A stretch of 64,000 nucleotides of DNA from Chrysomallon squamiferum (taxonomy: Eukaryota > Animalia > Mollusca), in NCBI GenBank assembly GCA_012295275.1, contig CM022676.1, positions 1,860,001 through 1,924,000 of the forward strand, written 5' to 3'. A program made the translations under genes and the position numbers. The notes beneath the pieces are model-generated. The model saw only the letters and a list, made by a program, of their open reading frames with translations, was not told where the DNA came from and searched no databases. Shown here in pieces: positions 44,311 through 60,702 of the stretch; the stretch's first letter is position 1; each line of letters begins with the position of its first letter.

Positions 44311-45500
44311 TTACTTACCTGAAATAACAAAGGAGGAGAATATTAAAAGGAAAATAAACGCAAGTTTATTTTGGTGCATTGTGAAATTCAAGTTCGCAGG
44401 ATAGGGTTGATATCTGTTTTTTATCCAGCAATCCTAAACAATACAAAAAGCAAAATACATTTAGTGTTTTATTCATAAAGAAGTATGAATACACACCACG
44501 CGCACAGCAAACTAGCATTAATTTACGTAAAATAGAAGCATCACAGTTTGTACTCTGTCCTTTTTCTGTGTAACTCGATGACATGTAAAAAATCTCTTAC
44601 CTCTTTTGCAGAGTGTTCAAAGAACAACACTAACAGAGAATGACAAATGTTTGAATTCTGTTTATCCACAGTTTATGTCAGCTGTATGGTATGGTGCAGT
44701 TTATTAACATCAAACGTTTCGTCTCAAAGGAACTCATTTCATACGTAAAATAATCACGTTTGACAAGACGTGAACTGCAGCACAGACACATTTAATTTAC
44801 AGTCAAACACCTGTTACTTTTTAAACGTTCCTCGATTCGATTTCTTAATTCAATTTATGAACGTTTAATTGCCTTTCTCTGACATTACTGGCTGTAGTAT
44901 TACCAACAAATATTACGTTCAAGTATATATATATATATATATATACACACACATATATCTGTATAAAAAGCAACTTAGAATACGTCAGAAGCTATATGAC
45001 ATTGATTAATACATCTGTGAATTCATTTTCCAACTGATAATGTCTGTTTATAAGTTTTGTAAAAACGATTGTGCAGTTAAATGCTAGATATTAATTTTCA
45101 TTCATAAGTTTATAAACTTGATCGAAACATGTCTTTGAAAGGGTTTAACTTATTACTTCACATCTGAAAATTTAAATAACAACAACACAACTTTTCCTAC
45201 TCGTTTACTTAATTCGATTTCTAAAAAAGAAATAATAAAACTTGTGTGACGCTTTCCTTAGATATATTATCAACAACGCAACATCTATATTATTTACAGA
45301 TTAATATTGAAATTAAAAACGTTTCTGTTATGTTAATATAGGCAGGCACCTTTTCGATTATTAACAAATTAATTTTTTTTGGTGGCTGAACGACTAAATA
45401 AGCTGATAAATTTCTTTATTCTTGCGATTTATTATTTTTCTTCTATTCGAGCGGCCGATAATCGATCATTGCGAGGTAGCAATGATGTTATCAACCACGT

Positions 45501-45568
<68 letters not shown>

Positions 45569-45870
45569 TTGTATAAATTAGATACTATAAAAATAAATAA
45601 ACAAGGAAAGAGAGTAAAATAGATCAACGGTTGTTAAATGATCATAAAGCAATATATCAACTATTAGCTCTTTTTGTATATATATGTGTGTATTTGTGTG
45701 TGTGTGTGTTTGTGTGTGGGGGTGTGTATTTATGTACACACACACACAGTCATAACTACATGTTTCGACTACTTTGAAAAGTACTAACTGTACATTCTAT
45801 TATTTCGGATATACTTTCTTCACCCGTTGGTGCTCTTTGAATGGGTAGAAAGTAAGACACAACAATTGAC

Positions 45871-45918
45871 GGAGTTATCGCTCTTTTGATATCCACTTCC
45901 TTTTGTCCAAAATGGCTG
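45871..45918 (+). promoter_or_regulatory. ATP5MG core promoter region
   Basis: Pyrimidine-rich CACTTCCTTTTG (ETS/TCT-like) just 5' of AAAATGGC (YY1-like motif overlapping the ATG); no TATA. Confidence 0.45.
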
Positions 45919-45966
45919 CAAGGGCATCTGCATCGTTAGTGCAGAAAACGACAAATGCTGCAAAAT
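45912..45966 (+). CDS. ATP5MG: Mitochondrial ATP synthase subunit g, exon 1
   Basis: MAARASASLVQKTTNAAK + T|GTAAAC, phase 1 matching the next exon. Confidence 0.8.
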
Positions 45967-47669
45967 GTAAACCTTATTATTTATTAACAAACATGCATTT
46001 TATTTGTAGACTTTCTCAGTTTTCAGCGGGTTTGTTGTGACCTTATTTTGGCTTATATATTAAGGGAATCTTTTGAACATTTGTTAAGTTTTGACCTTGG
46101 AGTTGATTCGGGTTTTGAGTTTGTGAACTTCGTACATGCTCATAGAAAGATCAAGTTATTAAAAACACTTTCTATTAAAATTGTTAAATTATCACTATTT
46201 TATTAAATGTGTATGAAAAATATATTTTGCACTGCTCCATACGTTTCTTAATTTATGTTCAGGATATAAATATTAAATTCCGCTACTCAGATACTGATAC
46301 ACAAATAACAAATCATGCAGTGATATAATGATATACAACTCATTGATACTAATATGATTTTTATTCTATTTGAAATATTAAATGGTTAACATAATTAAAA
46401 ATATAATAATTATATACTGTAATATTAGATGATCTTGGTGTATTGCTGTCAATTCAAAGGATAAATATAAATATGATAAATTCCAGAAAAACAGTAAAAA
46501 CTAAAATTTTGAATCACTTTTGGGAATGTTATCAATATGGATGAATTAATTAAAATTTATATTAAATGCTATGGAAGTTGTGACAGATATTCTTTTTTAT
46601 TTATTAGGTTTGAGTGTAGAAAAATAACACTACAAACAACAAAACAAAATATCACAGACAGTTAAATAGATTTCTTCCTATATCTTTCAGGTAGAAGATT
46701 TTAAATAACTGTGTCATTATTAACATATGTTCACATACTTCAAAACTGGAAATATCCCAGATTGTTTAATCTAGAAAAGTATTGTATGTTAAAAGTTATT
46801 TTAGTGATAGAGATATTTGAAAATTTCATTATAGTTAATCCGAGAGACATTTTAGATTTTTACTTTAGCAGTTTTTCTTACATTTTTTTGTTCATTAAAC
46901 AAAATTTCATTGGATTTGCATTAATTAATATTTAAACTAGTAGGTTCTTTTTGCATTAAAGTTGCTAGAAATCTATGTTTTGATATTGGAATATACACTT
47001 CAACTCTGGTTTGTCTTGTAATTTTCACAGTCTGTAAAATAATAAATTATTTTATATGCAAGCTGTTAATACCTGTTGATGTGTTTAAGATAATGAAAAT
47101 TGCAGAGAAATTCTTTTCTCATTAAGCATTTGTAACCTCTTCAGAATATTCACAAAACTGAGGAGAACATTATTAAAATGTAAATAAATTATGACTTGCT
47201 ATGCTAATGTGATACATTATAATTCAGTAATAAAAATTTATCTGGAATAAATATAATATTCTATTTAATACTTGATTATCATATTTTGTCATTAATATTT
47301 TAAAAATGTTATTGTTGTGCAGGTTTAAGTCTGAATTTGTAATTGTTGATGGGATATTACGTGAATACATTATATAGCTTATCTGAAACAAAATTTTAAT
47401 TTAATATTTAACTATTTTTTTTTTTTTTTTTTTTTTTAAAAGTTTTACAACTGAAAATGTTAAACTTTGCAGACTTTAAATATTTATCTGGATATTTTAA
47501 AATGACATTTTTGTTTTATAACACTGATACATTTCATGTTATAAAAGTTACATAATTTTATGTTGTGTTATCATTATTATTTTTTAAACAGTTTTAAGCT
47601 TTGAGATCAATATTAATATTAACATAATAATAACGATAATAATAATAAAGTTTGATGTCTGCATTTCAG

Positions 47670-47830
47670 GTGTTGTTACATTTACGAAGCCAAAATTGGC
47701 GACGTTTTGGAAATATGCCAAAGTTGAGATGAGACCACCTAAGATGTCTGAAATTCCTCAGATTCAGCAAGGAATAAACAATCTTATTGTGTCAGCTAGG
47801 TGTGGCAAGTGGAAGCAGCTCTCAGTCAAA
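47670..47830 (+). CDS. ATP5MG: ATP synthase subunit g, exon 2
   Basis: catttcag|GT ... AAA|GTACGT. Encodes CVVTFTKPKLATFWKYAKVEMRPPKMSEIPQIQQGINNLIVSARCGKWKQLSVK with the family motif FWKYAKVExxPP. Confidence 0.95.
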
Positions 47831-48627
47831 GTACGTTTCTCCCTGTAGGTGCTAAGTTAGAGACATCTTCAAATGCAAGAAGACAGCTGACGAGATTTCT
47901 TGACTTTTCTCCCTAGCTTACGTTAAACACTAACAAAGCTCTGACATAATTTTCCACCAAATATCTGGTGCTGGCAAACGTGCTGTGCCAGAATTTACCA
48001 CCAAAAGTGTTACACTTGATTTTAAATTTATCATCCTGTTCAGTTAGTGTTTTGAACTAATTTAAACCTGTCATCTCAAAGACATCCATTGCATTAAAAC
48101 AATTACAATTTAAGAAAAGATCTATCATAGTACACACAAAGCTAATTTCAATGCAGAAACACTTTCATATTCTCTCCAGTTCAGTTAATTAATTAAAGTT
48201 TTGTATCTTTAGGAAGGAACTTAAAATTTTTTATTTTCTGAGGAATATGAGATATCATTTTACAGGTTCTGATGAGTTATCTCCCCTTATAATAATTTTT
48301 AGCATCTGATAATTTTAATAGGGTGTGTTTTCATTATTATTTGTTAGTATAGATATTTTTATAATTTTCAGCATCTGATAGACAACTTTTAGTTACTACT
48401 ACTATTTGTTAGCATATTTTTTTTAATAATTTGTATCAGACAGTGTTAATTTAATAGACAGATCTGTTTTCATTATTATCTGTTACTAGTCATTTTTAAT
48501 GTCATTGAAAATTATTATTAGATTTTTTGTTTATGACTTTGCATCATTCTTTTTGTTTTTTCAACTCTTTGTTATTATTTTATACATATTTTTCCTATTT
48601 TTAAAAATTTGTTTTTTTTAATTTCAG

Positions 48628-48750
48628 GAGGCATGGTTAAATACACTTGTTACTATGGAGATTGTGTTTTGGTTTTTCGTTGGAGAAATTATTGGTAAAG
48701 GCAGCATCATAGGTTATGATATACCAGGAGCCACACACTTTGGAAAATAA
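48628..48750 (+). CDS. ATP5MG: ATP synthase subunit g, exon 3
   Basis: atttcag|GAG. Encodes EAWLNTLVTMEIVFWFFVGEIIGKGSIIGYDIPGATHFGK* with the GxxxG transmembrane motif; 112 aa in total. Confidence 0.96.
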   Translation, partial: EAWLNTLVTMEIVFWFFVGEIIGKGSIIGYDIPGATHFGK

Positions 48751-49883
48751 TCATTTTTGTGTTTTATCTTTGTTGTGGTCCATATATTTTATTCCTGGAC
48801 ATGAGAGACAGAAAGAATCAAGTAGAGAAATTGTAATTAAAAACAGTCAGTGACTACAAGTGTGTCTTTTTTTTTTTCTTTTCTAAATTTAATAAATATT
48901 TGAGGAAAAAGGAACTCCATCATTTAATATGTACCCAGACAGAATGGACATGTTACAAAGATATAAACTGTCAGTGAAATGGACAGTAACAAAAGTTTTG
49001 GTTTTTCATTTTATATTTCTTTGAGGCTCTAGTAAATAAAATTAAAAAATGCTACAGTTCTTTTATAAAGCATATAGCTGGAAGTAGAATTCAAATTAAA
49101 CATTTAGCAGAAATAATGTAATTAAAATAATTAGTGGCTATATATGTTTCTTGTTCATTTTATGGCTTTTCGATATCTGATCAATTAAATATTTTAAAAA
49201 ATTAATGCCAATAAGAATTGATATACTTGGATATAGAATTTGAATTGTATTAAGTGTAAATAATGTAATTAAAATAATTAGCACCTACATGCACTTTTTG
49301 TTCACATTATAGTCTAGCTTTTCGACAATCTAATAAATATTTTAAAAAATGTATTATTTTACATATTTGGGCAAAATGTGTAGGCTATATAATTTTATTT
49401 AATTGTTTTTTTCACTTTTTGTTTTGTAATAATAGTCTCGTAATTATTATAAAAGAAAGATTGCTAGTATTGCTTTGATGAAGTATAAACAAAAAATAAT
49501 TTTAAAAAAATGTCCAAGGGATAAATACAAATCTAAGTACAATTAAGAAATATTTCTTTAAAAAAACAACAAAAAAAAACAGTGTTTTCTTTCAGAATTT
49601 ACTTCAATAAAGCCTAGGCATAATTTAAAAATATTTTAAAAAGGAAAACAAGTAACAAATTTATTTATAAATAAATAATATCCAGATAATTATAACTGAC
49701 AAGTAAACCTGATGAAATTAATAAAGTTAATAAAATTAAATGAACAACATGATTAATTCTTAATTATTTGTTTTTTCAAAAGCAAATATAAAGTGTGTGC
49801 ACAGTTTCAACCACTGTTGAAATGAAGCTGATTTCCATTCTGTTTTAATGGTCTACAGAGAATTTTATAGTTGATGATGCATA

Positions 49884-51671
<1,788 letters not shown>

Positions 51672-51699
51672 CTGAAAGATTTAAATGTATTATGAGAAA

Positions 51700-51908
51700 C
51701 AGTTTAAAATTGATTATAAGTTTTGAGATTTGTTTTATCAACAATAAAAAAAAAAAAAAAAAAAAAATGATGAAAAATAATAATGTCTATTTTTAATGTA
51801 TTTACAAGAATTTCACAAATATATATATATATATATATAAGACATATAATTAACCCGTTGGACAAATAGTTTAAAATTGATTATAAGTTTTGAGATTTGT
51901 TTTATATT

Positions 51909-51944
<36 letters not shown>

Positions 51945-52013
51945 ACGAATTCACAAGAATTTCACAAATATATATATATATATATATATATAAGACATAT
52001 AATTAACCCGTTG
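51700..52013. repeat. Local tandem duplication of about 160 bp
   Basis: AGTTTAAAATTGATTATAAGTTTTGAGATTTGTTTTAT...poly-A...AAGACATATAATTAACCCGTTGG occurs twice. Confidence 0.8.
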
Positions 52014-53371
52014 GGGTTTATGCAGTCCAGCTCCCAGTGTTTATACAGTTGTTGTAGGTAAAGCCACTTGAAATTTTACATTAGTTTAATCAGTAGATAA
52101 AAAGTGGGAGTAGATGGAATCACCCTGAACAGACTCACTGAAATGTCACAATAACAGATGTTTTATTTTACTTGTTTATGTACAAGTGAAAACTTTGGTG
52201 ACTTAGTTCAGTAAAGTTATTATCTTGCCAAAATTTCTTCTTTTATTACTTTTGCTGTTTCAGATTTTGTTGAATTATTTTTTTAGACTTATTACAAAAT
52301 TAAAAGTTTGTCTTTTAATTATTTTGGTATTATTTGAAACGTCAGTTGAATTTATTCCCGAAAATGTAAAAAAAAACAAAAAAAAAAAAACAAACAAATG
52401 TATAGTAGTTGAAACTTTGATTAAACTAATACATTTAAGTTTATACAGAGTAAAAGTCTGTATTTTAGTTTGTTTTGTACTTGTTAAAACTTTAGATGGA
52501 CTGATTTACGAAAATGTCACAATGTAAAAGTGTGAGTTTTAATTTTTTTCTACTCGCTGAAAACCTGGTTGAAAGGTCTAATAATTTAAATCTTTAAATT
52601 TTGTTTCTTTAAACTTTATAAGATGTATTTTCAAAGACACGTGGATTCATGGATTCATTCATTGTCAATCATTCAATTATGTTTTGTTAATGTTAATATT
52701 TTCTCTTTTTTTTCTACTGGATAAAAATTAGGATGAATTAAGTTATCGATAAAAAGTTCAATTTATATTTTATTTTTATTTTATCATATTTAGGATGAAT
52801 GTTTTGATTTGATTAAAAAATCTATTATTTCATTTTTATTATACAGACATTAATTTTATTTACTAATATTTTATTTAGGATAAAAATGAAACGATTAATT
52901 ATTTCTATTACCTTTATTTTTTTTATTTTATTTTTATTTTTTATTTTAGAATAAATGATTTGATTAATAAATTTTATTTTACTAATTAAAAAGAATAAAA
53001 GAAAAAAAAATTAAAAAAGAAGAAATATATTTAGATTTAGTATATGTTTCATTATGAATAAATATATTAAAAAAGTAATTAATTTTGTTATTATTTTATT
53101 TAGGACAAGTGGATTCATCTGTGCTAACTTGATTGCGACTAACTGTGTGAACATAAAGGGAACATGAGTCAGCGTTTTACATACATTTTCAGGTTTTAGA
53201 AAAATCTGTTGTAGATGTATAGTCACATTTATGATGTGTATTAGTAACATTCTTATTTATAAGCTGATGTCGTCATCTTTCGATCCACTATTATTAATAT
53301 AACATTATTCCTATTTGGTTTGTACTGATGCTGACACACACACACACACCCACACACACACACACACACAT

Positions 53372-53402
<31 letters not shown>

Positions 53403-53824
53403 ATACTAATAATAAAAACAACATAACACCCACCCACCAACCCACCCACGTGTCACTATGTTTCAGTCAGTATATTTTGTTATATCTTTCATATATATTT
53501 AATCACTGTAATACTTCATACTGCAAGCAAACTGAGGCATATCTGGATCAAAACTATATATGTTTTCCTGTGTATGGGTAGGTGAATCCAAAAGATTTCT
53601 TTCTGCAAAACGCAATAAAAATTATATATAAACAGATATATAGATAAGAATATATAGATATATAAGAATATATGAGATAATCAGAGATAATGTCCTGAGT
53701 GTATACTTAAATAAAACAATATTCTTGTTTTGTTTTTTTTTTATTAGTGAAGAAATTGATCAACTAATAAAAACATTCAATCATTTCATCTGGTGTAACC
53801 CGGCATTTTACGTTAGAATTGATT

Positions 53825-54056
53825 ACTTCCTAACATCAACAGTCTGCACAGCATTGATTGGTCAGTTATACATGATGCTATAAAATACGGTATTTCAAGC
53901 TGCTGCTTAATGATTTTGGTCAGATTCACTTGAAGAAGACTTTCAAGCAAAAAGTGGCAAGTAGCAGACAAATAAAGACACAGTTCTATTTAGTATTTCA
54001 AGCTTTGAATTACCCAGTCACTCCAGGTTTGCTCTACTCAGCCGTTACAGGTTTGT
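53825..54056 (+). promoter_or_regulatory. Probable promoter and non-coding exon 1 of the Cys-rich secreted protein gene
   Basis: ACTTCC 53825, ATTGG 53857, TATAAAA 53879-53885, donor CAG|GTTTGT at 54051. Confidence 0.55.
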
Positions 54057-54239
54057 ACACTTTAAATACCTAATTTTTATTTATTTACGAACTCAGTTGA
54101 TAATTTTTCATTCATTTGGTAATTAGACATTTGACGTTTTGAAAATTTGACGTAGAGTAGCAAGGGATCTCTTATATCTACATCAAAGTGTTAGTTAATA
54201 AGAAAGTATATGATACTGTATTTTACAAAAATATAGTGT

Positions 54240-55770
54240 ACTACACTTTACTTTAGTTTACTATACTATTCTAAACTAGACTACACTGCACTATACCGTA
54301 CTATATTAGACTATACTACACTACACTACACTACACTAACCTATACAATACTATACTATGCTGTTTCATACTATACTATGCTGTTTTATACTATTCTATC
54401 CTATATTGTGCTATGCTATACTATACTATACTATACTATACTATACTATACCATACCATACCATACTGTACTTTACTATGCTAAATTACACTCATCTTCA
54501 CTACATTAGACTATACTACACTAAACTGTACTACAATATGCTGCACAATAGTATGTTATCCTTCACTCTGCGGTACTATGATATACTATACAATACTAAA
54601 CTACACAATACAATATTATACTACACTATATTTTATATAATATATAATATACTATATATATATACTATATTCTACACTATATAAGTATACTATACTATCA
54701 TTCTACTATACACTATATACTATAACTATACTATACTACTACTATTACTACACTATACTATATTATATTATACGAATATTCTATTCTACACTACACTACT
54801 ACTATACTATATTATATTGTACTATATACCACTACACTTACTACACACACATTTACTATACTATATATAATACTATACTATTCTATGCAGTTATGTACAT
54901 TCACTATACTATATTGTTATACTAAACTATATTATACTATATACTATACAATTTTACTACACATACGTACTATACTATTACTATACTATACCGCATACAT
55001 ACACCATACTACTATACTATTATAAATATACTATACTATGCTATACAATATACATATTATACTATATATAACATATATACATAGGCAAACAGACAGATAC
55101 TATACTACACGCACACTATATATGCTACACTATTATATTACACTAAAAATATACATACACTGCAAAATATGCACTATACATATACAGTGTACTACACTAT
55201 ACTATTACGTACTGTATTATACTACATACACTACACTACACTACACATTGCACAACACCAACATATAACATATATACTGTATTGAAAACATACTACACTA
55301 CACTATATATTTATTATTTCTTTACTATTCTCTAGCTATACTAAATTGTACTAACTTATAGTATGCTATACGATACTATACTGTATTATACTATGCTACA
55401 CTACAGTACATTACACCACACTACACTACATTAAAAACACTACATTGTACTACACTATACTATACTGTACTGTAGTGTACTGTACTGTAATATACTATTC
55501 TACACTATACTACAGTACATTACACTACACTATGCTACACTACACAACACTGTACTACACTATACTATACTGTACTATACTATACTATACTATACTATAC
55601 TATACTATACTATACCATATACTATACATTACTGTACTACGCTACACTACACTATACTATGTTGCACTCTGTTATATTACACAAAACTACACTGCACTGG
55701 ACTATACTATACTATACAGTATTATAAAGTATTATACTATGTTATACTACACTACACTACGCTACACTAC
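54240..55770. repeat. Degenerate (ACTAT)n pentanucleotide satellite, about 1.5 kb
   Basis: Direct inspection. Confidence 0.9.
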
Positions 55771-55908
55771 ACTATTATTTTTTTTGTTTTTTTGTTGTTG
55801 TTGTCATTATTACATTACTACTACTACCACCAATACTGCAACAACAACAACAACTACTACTATTATCTTTTTTTCTAATTCTACAAAGGCTGACGTCATC
55901 ATTTCAAG

Positions 55909-55996
55909 ATGTCGAAGTTGGTATTGTTGTTGCTGCTTTTAACGGCAGTTGTCGCTGTTACAGCACGTAGTTACAGAGGGACAGTCTTTCGTGCCA
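55909..55996 (+). CDS. Secreted Cys-rich modular protein, signal-peptide exon
   Basis: Acceptor AG at 55887-55888, ATG 55909, MSKLVLLLLLLTAVVAVTA-RSYRGTVFRA + A|GTACGT (phase 1). Confidence 0.8.
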
Positions 55997-56247
55997 GTAC
56001 GTTTTATAACACTAACTATTTCACGTTTTTCTTCAACATATTTATTACATGTACTTATATATGTAAGTTTTTATTATATCTCTTTACGAAATTATATTAT
56101 ACATCTGTAATTACCTTCCAGAAAATTTTATCTCATGAGATTAAACTACATTTTTTATTTTATTTTATTATTATGGAAAATAAATGAGGAAGTTTTCTTC
56201 TATTTTTTTTCTTCTTATTGTTATGGTTACCGTTGTTGTTGTTGTTG

Positions 56248-56303
<56 letters not shown>

Positions 56304-56368
56304 TTCACAGTTATTATGCTACATATGTAGCCTCTGTTTTCCACTGATAAATCTCTTTGTTTTTCTAG

Positions 56369-56524
56369 AGGTATATGGGAAGTACATCGCGAAGTCAGGA
56401 AAATGCAAAGTGTTTGGAAAATACTATCGTTCTGGCCAGCTTATCCGCAGTCCCAGCAATTTGAAGATGTTCACGTTCAGATGTGTTAGAGGAAGGGGCG
56501 TAACTCTTGTTAGATCGAAAAGCT
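56369..56524 (+). CDS. Secreted Cys-rich modular protein, coding exon 2
   Basis: ttttctag|AG ... T|GTACGC. Encodes KVYGKYIAKSGKCKVFGKYYRSGQLIRSPSNLKMFTFRCVRGRGVTLVRSKS. Confidence 0.75.
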
Positions 56525-57788
56525 GTACGCTATTTTATTTCATTTACACACGCACACCAGTACTCTCACACTAACCCAGGTACATACGCACTTACACGTA
56601 TATACAAATATTACTCACTGATCTTCGTTTAGTATTTTGTAATCTCTGAATTTAGTTTCTGTCTGTCTTCGTGATTCAGGGTTTTTATTTTTTTATTTTT
56701 AGGTTTTGTTTGTGTGTTTTATACACATAAATTTAAACATATATATACATTTACAACATTCAGTCATATACATAGATACATAGAAGAATACATACACATA
56801 CACGTACATACACATACATACAAACGCACATACATACGTTCATACATACATACATACATACATACATACATACATACATACCTACATACATACATACATA
56901 CATACATAAGTTATTTATACGTATAATCAGAACACCATTTCCTTAACAGTATAGGGAAATTAAAACTTTAAAATTTTAAAATTTTAAAAAATACACCCCC
57001 CCGTAAAAAAAAAAAAAAAAAAAAAACACACACAAAAACCCCCACAAAAAGTGAACAACAACAAACAAATATCTATGGTCTATCTTAAGTAACCTTATTG
57101 AAATCCTGACAAAAAAAAAAAAAAAAAAAAAAGAAAAAAAAGGAAAATCAAACATTGTAAATCACGTGTTAACAAACACACATCAGTGTAAAGGAAGGGA
57201 GAGAACCGGATTTGAGAGACCTAACGTCAGATTAGATTCTTAATTAGGTTATTTCCATGACAACTATTCAACTAGACCGGGATATATCTCTCTCGATTCC
57301 GAGTTTTGTTACGTATTCAGACAAAAAGGCAACAAAATGGTTGGATCTTTTGGTATAACTTTTGTTTTAATTTTGCTCATCATAGTTCACATATCATTCA
57401 CTGACTCTCAAAACAATGAAACCGATTCAGCTTCGGGTCACGTATTTATTTTAATATTCTTGAGAAAGGATGTATCATTAACAAACAAACAAACAAATAA
57501 ATAAATAAATAAATAAATAGAGTTATAAAACGTAAAATAACATATATTAAGGCGTATATTGACAAATAATTCAATATTTTATTTCTAAGTTAGATGTGTT
57601 TTGTTCTTTTGAAGATTATTGTTTTCTTGTTTATTTAATTGTTTTTCTTAATCCGCTGTCTATTATTTACCTTCTGTCTGTTTTTCAGTCTGTCTGTCTG
57701 CCTGTCTGTCTGTCAGTCTGTCAATCAATCAGTCTTGAATCACTCAGTCTGTCTGTCTGTCTGTTTCATTCTTTTATTTATTTTGTAG

Positions 57789-57932
57789 ATTGTCTTTACA
57801 AGGGTCACAACATTAGATATGGCAGGACTTTCAGAGACGGGTGCTCTGTCTTTAAGTGTGGAATTTACATGTACAGAACAAGTAATCCATGGAGAAAAAA
57901 TGTTAAAAGCAAAATGAGCCTGATAAGTTCAG
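57789..57932 (+). CDS. Secreted Cys-rich modular protein, coding exon 3
   Basis: ttttgtag|AT ... G|GTAAAA. Encodes YCLYKGHNIRYGRTFRDGCSVFKCGIYMYRTSNPWRKNVKSKMSLISS. Confidence 0.8.
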
Positions 57933-58314
57933 GTAAAACTGTGTTGTTTATTTATTTATTTATTTGTTTGTTTATTTATTTTTTAAGTGTTTGTTTGCTT
58001 ATTTATTTTTATCTGTTTGTTTATTTGTTTGTTTATTTATATGTTTGTTTGTTATTTCTTTGTTATTTATTAGTTGTTGTTTTTTTGTTGTTAATTTCGT
58101 GTACTTAATTAATGTATGTATGTATATGTATATATGTATACAATTTATTTATCTTTTTACTTATTTTCTTTGTTTCTTTTACTCGATTTTCTTTTATTTT
58201 CTTTCTCACACATTTTTTTTTAATTTTTATATTTATATATTTATTTACTGTTTCTAGTTCAGATTTGATCTAACCTGTTAATTTCTTTATAACAAAATCT
58301 TTGTACACTTCCAG

Positions 58315-58485
58315 GATGTCGGGATGAGTCGGGGAGGTGTCATAGGGCGGGGTCCAAGGAGGAAAAGGGACAGAAGGTCTGTCACTGTGACAGTCGCACT
58401 CTGAAATGGCTGTGTCTTTACTTACCGCCCTCGTTTGGTCCTCCTAAGCGTCTACCACCTATACCCAACCCGAACGTTTGTCAAG
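58315..58485 (+). CDS. Secreted Cys-rich modular protein, coding exon 4 (absent from ORF track)
   Basis: cttccag|GA ... G|GTATGT. Encodes GCRDESGRCHRAGSKEEKGQKVCHCDSRTLKWLCLYLPPSFGPPKRLPPIPNPNVCQ. Confidence 0.82.
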
Positions 58486-58959
58486 GTATGTATGACGTCG
58501 TCTTCTTCTGTTACTACAACTACTTCTACTACTACTACTACTAGTAGTAGTACTACTACACTACTACTACAACTACACTACTACTACTACAACTACACTA
58601 CAACTACTACTACAATACTACCCTACTACTATTACTACAACGACTCTACTACCACTACTACTACCTCTACAACTACTACTACTACTGCTACACTACTACT
58701 ACTACTAGACTACTGCTACTAATACACTACTACAACAAAACTATTGCTGCCACTACTGCTACTACTTCTACTACTACAACATACACTACTACTATTACAA
58801 CTACACTACTAGCATTACTACTGCTATTACTACTACTATTACTACTACTATTACTATTACTACTGCTATAAGTACTATTGGTATTACAATTACTATTGCT
58901 ATCACAACTCTACTGCTAATGCTATTACCACTAATAGCACTAGTTCCATATTTCTAATG

Positions 58960-59001
<42 letters not shown>

Positions 59002-60526
59002 TTACCACTACTATTAGTATTACTATTACCACTGCACAACTACTCGTACTACTCCTACTACTACTTCTTGTAATTGATGCAAACTGTCGTGAGTCACGCG
59101 CACATTTCTGCTGCTTTCACTTGTACTTCGGGTCTGTTTGAACACAAATCACGTCTCTGTGTTAGGATAACAAGGATTCACAACAACTTGATGTTAACAC
59201 CACTGTAAGCTAGCTAGGGACGCTACTTCATGTTTACTTGAACTTGTTAATCGCTAAGTCTTTTCATCTGATGAACTTGTATGATACAAAGCATTTAACA
59301 TTCATTAACTGTTCAACGTTATCTATTTAACTTGTTTCACGCCTGTTTACATTTACACGTTTATCCATTCTTGCGTCCGCTCATTCGTGACAATCCGTCA
59401 TCATCATCTGTCATTCATCCATCCATCCATCCATCCATCCATCCTCCTTACTCGTCCATTCCTCCGTCTCTCCTTCCGTCCACTCACATCTGTCCATCCA
59501 TTGAATCATTTGCTCATGAAACCATCCAGTCTGTCCATAGACACACACACATATACATACACACACACACATACACACACATATATACATACACACATAC
59601 ACACACATATATACATACACACACATATATAATACACACATACACACACATATATACACACACACACATACACACACACAGCACACATACATACACACAT
59701 ACACACATATACACACACACACTCATTCATACACATACACACACACACATATATCCACACACATATATAAACACACATATACATACACACACACACATAC
59801 ATACACACACACACATACACACACGCATATACACACGCAGATATACACACATACGCACATGCACAGACATACGCACACATACGCACACAGACATACACAC
59901 ATACACACATATAAACACACATACACACATATATAGACACACACACGTATATAGACACACACACACGTATATATACACACACACGTATATAGACATACAC
60001 ACACGTATATGTACACACACAAACACACACATACATACACACACGTATATGTACAGACATACACACTAACACACACAAACACACACACATATATACATAC
60101 AGACATATATATGTAATTTAATTTATTACTTTTTATTAAATCACTGATTTCTTATTTGTTTCTTTCTTTCTTTATTTTCTTATTAACTTATTACTTTGTC
60201 AGTTTTGTTTGTTTCTATATTAATTTATTTATTAATTAATTTATTTACTTGTTTGTTTATTTGTTTATTTATTTGTTAGTTTTATTTACTTATTTATACA
60301 ATAATTTATTTATATACTTAATTATTTGATTGTTTATTTAATTATTTATTTATTTATTTATTTGTTTGTTGTTTGTTTCTTTATCCACTGCTCAGGTACT
60401 TTATTATTATTATTATTCAATGAGCAAAATAAAGAGCTACTTTCTAGCTAGACGTTTCACGTCATTTACGTAATTATATTCCATATAAGTATTTACACTT
60501 TTTAAAATAATTTTTGCTTTTCTCCT

Positions 60527-60599
<73 letters not shown>

Positions 60600-60649
60600 G
60601 TCTTTCTCTGTCTCTGTCTGTCTCTCTCTCTGTCTCTGTCTGTCTCTCT

Positions 60650-60702
<53 letters not shown>

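Noticed and set aside
46670-46697. AG|GT juxtaposition in ATP5MG intron 1
   Set aside because: Donor GTAGAA is weak and the intron is only 1.7 kb; probably chance.
59332-60106. His/Thr- and Cys/Val-rich ORFs
   Set aside because: (AC)n/(ATAC)n microsatellite in an intron.
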